Shown here: positions 1-9,512 of the stretch, one piece after another | Layout of the letters: every line of letters begins with the position of its first letter | Numbering within the stretch: the first letter of the stretch is position 1 | Assembly (NCBI RefSeq): GCF_001194135.2 | Contig: NC_068991.1 | Coordinates: forward strand, 72,934,228 to 72,992,103 | Origin: Octopus bimaculoides | Lineage: Eukaryota | DNA: 57,876 nucleotides | Direction of reading: 5' to 3' | Translations under genes and position numbers: made by a program | Notes under the pieces: model-generated | Databases searched by the model: none | What the model saw: only the letters and a program-made list of their open reading frames with translations | Told to the model about the DNA's origin: nothing

Positions 1-174
1 ATATATATATATATATATACGGCTGAATACCACGTGATGTATACTTAACCGTGAGGATGCGTTGGTAGACCTTGTAATCGAATGTACACACAAGTGAAGA
101 AACGAGAAGGCTGATAAAGATCCGAATGTTAGCAAGCACTTCGTGAACGGTGACACGTGAGAGTGAGGAAGGTT

Positions 175-272
175 CTACGTGGTCGCTCTACGTGGTCGCT
201 CTACGTGGTCGCTCTACGTGGTCGCTCTACGTGGTCGCTCTACGTGGTCGCTCTACGTGGTCGCTCTACGTG
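175..272. repeat. Perfect 13-bp minisatellite (CTACGTGGTCGCT)x7.5
   Basis: Seven exact units from 175 to 265 plus a partial unit, read directly. Confidence 0.95.
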
Positions 273-1433
273 CATGAAATAGCTATTAGATCGCTTCCAT
301 TCACACCTAACTACCTTTAAAAGAGTATAAGGTGACATTCGTCGATGCCGTCATGGACGTTTAATAATGATAGAATTCATACAGCTTAGATGCCTCAGGT
401 AATAGATCGATTATATCCTTGCAGAACGGGCACGAAACGTTCAGTGTAAAATACTTCGTTTCTTCATAATGTAATCATTGTTTGGTGAGAAGCCATATTT
501 CAGTAAGGAGTCTATATTCGATATGCAATTAATTAATTGATGGTGAAGAGAATTGAAACCACTTATCATTTATGGATATTGGTTTTCATGAAATAAAAAA
601 AAGTAATTAAATTAAATGCACGTATATATGTATAGGGGCATATATGCATACACATACATACATATACATGCACCTACGCACATATATCTAAATACGTGCA
701 TAAATACATGGGTGTATATACATACGTACATACATACATACATACAAAGATATGTACACTCTCCGTTCCAGAATTCTAGAAAGTAAGCAACCGATGGTCG
801 TAAGGTCTTTTCTTTTGTAAAACCGACTCCTATATGATGTTTAGTTCATATGTTCCTTGTTAATAAAAAAATAAAATCAATATATATATANNNNNNNNNN
901 NNNNNNNNNNNNNNNNNNNNNNNNNNNNNNNNNNNNNNNNNNNNNNNNNNNNNNNNNNNNNNNNNNNNNNNNNNNNNNNNNNNNNNNNNNNNNNNNNNNN
1001 NNNNNNNNNNNNNNNNNNNNNNNNNNNNNNNNNNNNNNNNNNNNNNNNNNNNNNNNNNNNNNNNNNNNNNNNNNNNNNNNNNNNNNNNNNNNNNNNNNNN
1101 NNNNNNNNNNNNNNNNNNNNNNNNNNNNNNNNNNNNNNNNNNNNNNNNNNNNNNNNNNNNNNNNNNNNNNNNNNNNNNNNNNNNNNNNNNNNNNNNNNNN
1201 NNNNNNNNNNNNNNNNNNNNNNNNNNNNNNNNNNNNNNNNNNNNNNNNNNNNNNNNNNNNNNNNNNNNNNNNNNNNNNNNNNNNNNNNNNNNNNNNNNNN
1301 NNNNNNNNNNNNNNNNNNNNNNNNNNNNNNNNNNNNNNNNNNNNNNNNNNNNNNNNNNNNNNNNNNNNNNNNNNNNNNNNNNNNNNNNNNNNNNNNNNNN
1401 NNNNNNNNNNNNNNNNNNNNNNNNNNNNNNNNN

Positions 1434-1535
1434 AAACATTAAAGACTTTTTCATTTCTCGAGCGTTATACTAATACATTTGTTTGTTGTTTACACACCCG
1501 TCTTCGTCTTTTGTTTTTCCGCAAATTCTCACCAT
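1434..1535 (+). mobile_element. 3' end of Penelope-like terminal repeat, family 2 (cut by gap)
   Basis: Matches 39396-39500 and the reverse complement of 33850-33944; ends in AAATTCTCACC followed by (AT)n. Confidence 0.6.
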
Positions 1536-1582
1536 ATATACATATGTATATATACATACATACATTTACACACACACACACA

Positions 1583-1654
<72 letters not shown>

Positions 1655-1656
<2 letters not shown>

Positions 1657-1790
1657 GGGTGAGAGATTTGGTATGTGAAAGCAGATGGTTGGATGTATAA
1701 AAAAATACAGTGAAAAAACTACAGAAGACATGTGTTATATGGTTAAAGAATATATTTAAATCGTCATATTAGAAAAATGTTATAAAATCC
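1655..1790 (-). repeat. Dispersed repeat, probable PLE terminal fragment
   Basis: Close match to 53640-53775; both abut (TA)n. PLE assignment is inferred from an end similar to family 2. Confidence 0.55.
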
Positions 1791-1844
1791 TCTGTGTAGT
1801 GACATTATATATATGTATGCATGTATGTATGTATGTATATATAC

Positions 1845-2112
1845 CTATCATGGACCCACCTGTAGTTAGACGACGTATGAGGGTTCGGCAATTTCTCGCG
1901 GAACAACCACACAGATGACTTGTGTATAGTGATCAAGTGTTCACATAGACTCACTCCTTCCATTAAGTCGGCATTACCTGTACAGGTGCATCATGAGCCA
2001 CCTGTCAGATGACGAAATGAACGCGGAGCAACGTGAAATGAAGTGAATTGCTCAAGAATACAACGCAACGCCTAGTCTGAGAATCGAACCCACGATCTCG
2101 CAATTGTGAGTG
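1845..2112 (-). mobile_element. tRNA-derived SINE (family D), degenerate
   Basis: Reverse-strand B-box-like GTGGGTTCGATTC near 2080-2095; body resembles 30470-30790. Confidence 0.55.
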
Positions 2113-2123
2113 TAAGAAATATA

Positions 2124-2284
2124 GGCGCAGGCGTGGCTGTGTGGTTAGCAGCTTGTTTATCGGTCACATGGTCCAGGGTTCAGTCCCACCGCGTGGCACT
2201 TGGGCAAGTGTCTTCCACAATAGACTCGGGCCGACCAAAGCCTTGTTAGTGGATTTGGTAAACGGAAACTAAAAGAAGCCCGTC

Positions 2285-2325
<41 letters not shown>

Positions 2326-2518
2326 TAGATGTGTGTGTGTGTTTGTGTGTATGTTTGTGTGTCTGTGTTTTCCCCCCAACATCACTTGACAATTGATATT
2401 GGTGTGTTTACGTCCCCGTAACTTAGCGGTCCGGCAAAATAGACCGATAGAATAAATACTAGGCTTACAAAGAATAAGTCCTATGGTCGATTTATTCGAC
2501 TAAAGGCGGTGCTCCAAA
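2124..2518 (+). mobile_element. tRNA-headed SINE with internal microsatellite (families C+B)
   Basis: tRNA-like head (TGGCTGTGTGGTTAG...GGGTTCAGTCCC), (AT)n/(GT)n linker and conserved tail; same architecture at 27405-27897 and 27965-28325. Confidence 0.8.
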
Positions 2519-4445
2519 TAAAAGAATATGGACTACGAACTGACTGCTTCTGAACTGTAAACCTGACGCTCTAATCACTGAGCCATTTGCATTCGTAATG
2601 TAATTACAGATGAGGCAGTCGTTCGTTAAGGGGTTAAAAAGTTGTGTAACAAAGCACGGAATGTAGGAAGGTCTGTAACTCCAGAGAATGTCATTTCCTA
2701 AAGCCCTGCTTAGTGGCAACCCATGCTTAGTTATTATAAGCTTTGTGTAGAAATGAAAGTTAGAGAAATGTGTATTAACGCGATGTACTATTATATAACT
2801 GTTTATAGTAGTCGTAGCATGATAAGAAGTGAGAAGAACGTCATCTTTATATTGAATTAAAAAAATATTTGTAACTCGTCTGTCATTTGACGCATGCGCT
2901 TCAATGGAAGTAACTGTTGTGTGCCAGTCAACGAAGACTATACTGTTTATTGTTTTCAAAAGAGAGAACAAGACTATTTAAGGAAATAGTAAGACAAGAG
3001 CACGGTAGTGTCAATGGAGAGGAACAGTTGAAGATTATATATACTGGTTGAATGACTTCGCTAATAAGATTTAAGTCTTCTTTTTTTTTTTATCAAACAC
3101 AGTGCAATGTCCTGGCGTGATAAGAAACCAAATCTCCTTAACTTACAGGTCAGCACTTTGTTGAAGAAACCAGTAGTATTTCTACGTTCAACCAATCACT
3201 CGTGAAATAAAAGATAACTTCGTGTATAAGAGAGAAATTATTATTCATTCAAATGTTATCTAAACGATTTAAAAGTTAAGTTTAATTCCAGTTATTTTCT
3301 TTAAAAGAATGCAAATTAAGAAGTTATCTTTAGAAAATATAATTTTGTTGACGGAAACTAAATTTGAGATTTTATTTTCAAAATTCAAAATAAATAAATA
3401 GAGAAATGAATAAATAAGTGAATAAATAAATAAATAAATGAATAAGCATTTCTATACAAATTCGTTTTAATTAATTTGATTCTGTTTCAAACACCAAATA
3501 ATAATCGAGCAATTTCTTTTTGAGAGTTTTATAAAATTATGGCAGAATATCTAATTGAACTAACGGATTTATAACGTCATAAGAAATTACTGAATTGCTT
3601 TTGGAGATCTTGAAGAAAATATATAATTCACAGAAATGAACAGAAACAGAAATAAATTCAAATAAAAAGGAAGTTAATACGAAAATAAAAGAACAAACTA
3701 GCTTTCTGATAGAATTAGCAGCTTGATGGTCACAAAGGAAAAAATATTAGTTTTTAACATTGAGTAACTTTCTGTCGTAATGACGAGAATTATATCGATT
3801 TTCATTCAGCCTATGATAATTCTATTTCTAATCGCTTCCCGTGTATTGAAAACTGTGTTTTTGGTTATATAAATTAATTTTTAAATACCATCATAACCCT
3901 TACACATATGGCACATATATATATATGCATGCATCTAGTGTATAAATCACAATTTAGGAATTGTTGTTTGACTCAAGTCAGCCCAGTGATCGAAGCCATT
4001 CCCCTTGTGACCACATCATTAATTATGCATAGATATTAATGTGGTAAGGACTACTATATGTAAATTTTTATTTTAAAAGACACCAGGGTGTGGTTTTTAG
4101 GGGCGATTCGGATGTCAATTTTAGAAGGGCGAGTGACTACTTTGAAGTACTCACTTTATATGTGTGTGTGTGTGTATTCATATATACAAATATATATCAT
4201 TTTGCTATTATGCAAAATGCCGTAAGTCCAAAACTGCTTCTTCGGAAAACGGAAAGATAGTTTCACCATTCCATAGCAAAATCTGTTGAACTACACTTCG
4301 ATAATTTCTGATATTTTAGCGTCTGAAGCAACTGGAGATACGATAGTTTGACCAAAAGAACTGGCCATTGCAATCAAAAATAAATATTGAAAGAAACGCA
4401 TTTGGCCAGACTTGGACATACGACAGTTTAGCATAATAGCAACGA

Positions 4446-4493
<48 letters not shown>

Positions 4494-5082
4494 ATTTGCA
4501 TCTCTCTCTCTCACTCTCTCACTATCTATCTATATGTATACACACGCACACGCATATAGACATACACACACACACACATACATGCACACACATATTTATT
4601 TCCAAATACCTTTCGTGCAGATATGAAATAGTTTCCATTGAACAGTACATGAAAGCATAAAACTGCACAAACGAAATCCCCTAAAAGAAAACTTCAAAAC
4701 CCAATTTCCATACGATATATTTCCAAATTGCAACGATTTCTATTTCTCGCTTTAACATGTTTTTCACCTTCAGTAGTTTCCTAATCAAAGATGATTCTTA
4801 TAATTAATCTTAAAAGTGGATTAACAGTGAAATAATTCTGGAAGGTCCATTAGAAAGTGAAAATGATATAAAAGTCGACCAGAACGCAATTTAAAGTGGC
4901 TATCATTATATGTAATTCAAGTGAATTGCTGAATATTCAGAAAGAGTGCAATTATGAAGAAAGTTATTTAACGAGGCAATGAAACTCAGTACTAAATACT
5001 GCAGCCGAAAAGATGAAATGTCAAACCGCCCACATAATGATTTAGATTTGACAGCGATGGTGAATAGACGTTGTGAATAAAC

Positions 5083-5105
5083 GTGACGTCGAAGATGGCG
5101 CGCGG
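5083..5105 (+). promoter_or_regulatory. CRE/ATF-like plus YY1-like motif pair
   Basis: GTGACGTCG-AAGATGGCGCGCGG in a CpG-poor background; motif match only. Confidence 0.3.
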
Positions 5106-5213
5106 TGATGCTATTTGAAACAGGAGAAAAGAAAGCAGCAGTTACATTGTCATTGATTCATTGATTTCACTAGGGAATTGTATTGTATTTAACGCTAAGT
5201 TTGATATATATAT

Positions 5214-5270
<57 letters not shown>

Positions 5271-5384
5271 NNNNNNNNNNACTCCTATATATATATATGT
5301 GTGTGTGTGTGTGCGTGTGTGTGTGTGTGTGAGTGCCTGTGTATGTATGTGTGTGTGTATGTATATACATATTCTTTTACTCTT

Positions 5385-5590
5385 TTATTTGTTTCAGTCA
5401 TTTGACTGCGGCCATGCTGCAGTACCGCCTTTAGTCGAACCAATCGACTTCAAGACTTATTCTTTGTAAGCCTAATACTGATTCTGTCAGTCTCTTTTGC
5501 TGAACCGCTAAGTTACGTGGACGCAAAAACACTTTGTCTGTCCTTGTTTGTCCCCTCTATGTTTATCCCCTTGTGGGCAATAAAGAAATA
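5385..5590 (-). mobile_element. SINE tail (family B) followed by family-A-type segment
   Basis: Matches 27405-27560 and the reverse complement of 2420-2518. Confidence 0.7.
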
Positions 5591-6299
5591 TATATACATA
5601 TATGTATATATACATATACATACATATATACACAAACACACATATGTATATAAATATAGAGAGAAAGAATGAGAGAGAAAGAGAAAGAGGTATCAGATTA
5701 CGGCTTACCAAATTTGCAGTCCATATTGGTTCCAAGCCTGCTTGAACATGAAACTGTAACATTCATGTAATCCTTACAACTATCTATTACGCTTATACCT
5801 TTCCATCTACGCTCTATTTCCTGTCTTTTATCGAAGATCTACAATACTTTGTATATGCTTCTAATTTGTAGCAATATATTTTTCTTGATGTTTTTCATAT
5901 AGACGCGTAGTTTGAGTGAGACATTTTCATGACCAAAATTCTTTGTTGCAACTCCATTGAATTACACAACCGTCGTTTATTCAACCGAAGGCATCTAAAT
6001 ATATAAAAGTCAGTTGTATACAAGTAACCTTTCGAAGAAACCTGCAGATATTATTTAATGGATGCATGGAAAACCTGCTTCCACACCAAGATTTCATTCC
6101 GTCCTCTACGTGAATGACAATATCAGGACATGAAAACGCCTTTTCATTTATAAGAAAATTAATTAATTAAAACAATTTGCGTACAACCTTCTAAATACAC
6201 CAAAAGTCTTTTCCAAAAAAAGCTTAAACACATTAATCTTAATTAGACCTTTTAATTTTTTAATTACCATACGGAGAAAATTTTCCAATTGGACAATAA

Positions 6300-6676
6300 T
6301 TTTGGCAAAGAATTACTAGTTAAGATTGTAACTGAAAATTATATAAAAACCTACGCACATATGCGAAATAACGTCAATATAGTGGCCAAAGAAATATCAC
6401 AAAGCATAAAAATAGGAACATTAGCTAAATGATGTTATTTATCGCATTCACAGATCTAAAGAGAAATTTTATATCTAAACTCCAATGCAAGCTCATTATC
6501 AATACTGAATTAGTTATAGATTTAATTAGTAAGAAACTTCTTAATAATTCATTAACAGACTTCAATAATGGAGAAGTAGTTACGTAATATTAAAATGGAT
6601 CAAAGACATTAATGACAAGCACGAATATAGGATCATACAATTTGAGATCGTAAATTTTTACTTATCAATTTCTAAA
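6300..6676 (+). mobile_element. Degraded Penelope-like reverse transcriptase fragment
   Basis: Frameshifted translation gives KIVTENYIKTY...AKEISQSIKI, NFISKLQCKLI and LKWIKDINDKHEYRIIQFEIVNFYLSIS, matching the PLE RT motif region (W...K...IQFDIVEFYPSI). Confidence 0.75.
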
Positions 6677-7008
6677 CTTCCAAATAATTTAGCTCAACAC
6701 TGAAACCATTATACTTAGTAGAAAAAATATTTAGACAGTGACGACAGCATAGTAAAGAATCTGATATATATATATATATANNNNNNNNNNNNNNNNNNNN
6801 NNNNNNNNNNNNNNNNNNNNNNNNNNNNNNNNNNNNNNNNNNNNNNNNNNNNNNNNNNNNNNNNNNNNNNNNNNNNNNNNNNNNNNNNNNNNNNNNNNNN
6901 NNNATATATACAGATAAGAAAAGAAATGGAGTAACAATTAACAATGAGAGGTTGAGGTTGATCATTGGTGTTAAAAGGTCATAGTTTAATTGTAGTTCAA
7001 GAACATTT

Positions 7009-7143
7009 TCAGCTGTTTAAGAAGGCTTTCCATCGTAAACGGTGGGTGAAGTCTATTAATTTTGCAGTCACTTCTTTTAGATATACATTTTTAGGTGGAA
7101 TCGGTATATTCTTTAATGATGCTTCTATTGTCATTTGCTCCAT
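7009..7143 (-). mobile_element. Penelope-like ORF N-terminal fragment
   Basis: MEQMTIEASLKNIPIPPKNVYLKEVTAKLIDFTHRLRWKAFLNS*; SLKNIPIP...RLRWKAF is typical of invertebrate PLE N-termini and is homologous to 46182-46410. Confidence 0.75.
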
Positions 7144-7211
7144 TTTACCAGTAGATGTTTTAGGTTTTTCAGGCTAATGTTGCTTAATGTATATATATAT
7201 ATATATATATA

Positions 7212-8067
7212 GGAGGCCTGACAAATAAGTATAATAACGAAGCTAAAGCACGCTGAGTAAAGCCACTTGGCATAGATCGACCTTGAACTCTTTTGTGCAT
7301 GCGCACTAAGTTTTGACGTTTTAGCTCACTTCCGCTGTTTACATCAGTGCTTGGAAGAAAGGTGTGCAACGTATGATCGTCTTGTTCACCATGACAAAGT
7401 TTTCATGGCGATAACTGCTCAAAAGCCTACGCAAAACTGCAGAAAGTGTATGGAGAGGAGTGTATGAGCCGCACACAAGTGTACAAGTGGTTCAGACGTT
7501 TCCAAGATGACCGAAAAAAGGTCGATATTGACGAACGTTCTGGGAAACTAGCAACCAGAAGGACTGAGAAAAACATCGAAATTGCGCGTGCGGCTGTGAA
7601 GAGAAATCGTCGAATCACCGACCGTGAATTATCAGAGGATGTGAAAATTAGTTACGGTTGAGTTCAGTTCATTATCACTGAAGATTTGGGTACTTCCAAG
7701 TTTTTGCGAAAACTGCTTTCAGCTGGTCAACAAGTCACCCGGGTTTCAGTTGCACAAGATCTCCTTGATTGTATCGAGAATGAGGAAAACGTTTTGAAAA
7801 CTTTGCGTGGGCCTCCTCTGAAGAGGTAACGCCATGCCTTTGACTAAATTTGATGCAGATTCTCTGCTCACCTTTCTCTGTCATGGTCAATGCGATGATC
7901 ACAGGCTACACACCTTTCTTCCAATCACTGCTGTAAACAGCAGAAGTAAGCTAGAATGTTAAAACTTAGTGCAAAGTTCAAGGTTAATCTGTGTCAAGCG
8001 GCTTCACTATGCGTGCTTTAACCGCGTTACTATGGCAGAAGTCCGGATACCTATTGATCAGACCATG
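7212..8067 (+). mobile_element. Mariner deletion derivative with about 190-bp inverted repeats
   Basis: TA-flanked; arms about 7212-7402 and 7876-8067 are reverse complements; internal ORF 7446-7661 (YGEECMSRTQVYKWFRRFQ...ERSGK) is a mariner HTH N-terminus; catalytic domain absent. Confidence 0.9.
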
Positions 8068-8349
8068 TATATATAAATAGCTAGTTGTAAGATCTGAAAA
8101 ACAGATCAGAATAGTAACTATATTAACAAGTAAAATCAATCGCCACATCAAACTGGCAGTTCCATGTTACTACTACTTTAACTCCAGGCAGATCATCTGC
8201 TAGCTGGTTATCGGTGTGACGCTGCAACCTTTATATACAAAATATATTGCTAGTAGGAGGAAAGACCTCCTACTATACTCTAGCAGACAACAAGATCGCG
8301 TGACTGACTAAGTTTCGAGCTTAGTTGCGGGAAAGGGTGGGGGGTAGGA

Positions 8350-8506
8350 GTAAGTCAATTACCTCGACTGTTCAACTGGTACTTAATTTATCGACCCAGA
8401 AAAGATGAAAAGTAAAGTCAATCTCGGCGGAATTTGAACGTGAAGACGGACGAAATGCCGCTAAGCATTTTGCCCGGCGTGCTAAAGATTCTGTCACCCC
8501 ACCACC
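8350..8506 (-). mobile_element. tRNA-derived SINE family A
   Basis: Matches the family consensus seen at 50545-50760 and 55552-55725. Confidence 0.8.
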
Positions 8507-9334
8507 TTATAAATCCATGTTATTAATTTAAGTACTTCCTTATATACAGCATTTTCACTTTATTTTCTTCGCCAATTGGTTTTAAGTATTCTGAAAGATC
8601 ATCTGTCAATTTCTAGCCCCAGAGAATGCAACTGTCCATGAATATAAATTGGTTGTGATAATTAAATTCTCATCTTAATTAAATCAGTATTAAAAAAAAC
8701 ACACATACACACATACGGACGTACACACTTACGTATAAGCACACACACATACAAACATACACACACTCACATACACATCTCGGACAGATCTCGGAGAAAT
8801 CCCAATGCTTGAACATAAGTTCAAAAGAAATGGAAGTAGAGAGACGTTTCGCTGAAGAGATTGCAGCAATTCGACGAAATAATTATTTGATAAAAAAAGA
8901 AATTACCGTATGAACAATAACGAACATTTGAACTACCGATTAAATGTTTGGCCAAAGTGTTTAACATACGAGTTAGAAGAAAATGACGGATCTATATTTT
9001 TTTTAGTGGTGTAACTAACCCATTAGATAACAATAACAATAAAGGACCGAACCAGTGCGTGTGTTTATTATTACTGGCCTAATGACCCTCCCAAGGTTCA
9101 ATAGTATTTCTTTTAACACAAGAATTCACATCAAGAATCTTGCAAATACGAACTATCTTAATTAATATTTACATTAAATATTTAATCATCAGATGAAAGT
9201 TTTGTTTTTCGTTGGAGGTAAATGTGAGTCACAATATTCTTTTTCATAGTGCCGGTTACTCGGTTTCCATGGTGTATAAGCATCACAACATTCTCAGGAA
9301 CGGGTTTCAAAGCCAGCAGTGTTTGAGTGGTGGG

Positions 9335-9512
9335 CACATGTCTTACATTGACCCCAGCATTTCAGTGGTACTTATTTAATTGACTTCAAAAGAATGAAAT
9401 GAAAAGCAAAGTCGACTTCGGTGAAACTTAAACTCAGAATGTAAAGAGCCGAAGGAAACGCTGCTAAGCATTTTGTTCGATGTGCTAATGATTCTGACAG
9501 CTCACTGCCTTA
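9335..9512 (-). mobile_element. tRNA-derived SINE family A
   Basis: Same family, diverged. Confidence 0.75.

Noticed and set aside
175-272. CRISPR-like array
   Set aside because: No spacers; eukaryotic context.
415-460. TTGCAGA-A-CGGGCAC-GAAAC-GTT, a possible fourth hammerhead family
   Set aside because: Core mutated and neither stem pairs convincingly; needs a family consensus.
2492-2971. 159-aa minus-strand ORF
   Set aside because: No recognisable motif; the homologous region at 14.2-14.5 kb aligns only in short islands, as expected for non-coding DNA.
8838-8880. Minus-strand GCTG..CAGC-GAAAC-GTC hairpin
   Set aside because: No CUGANGA core and no stem I.
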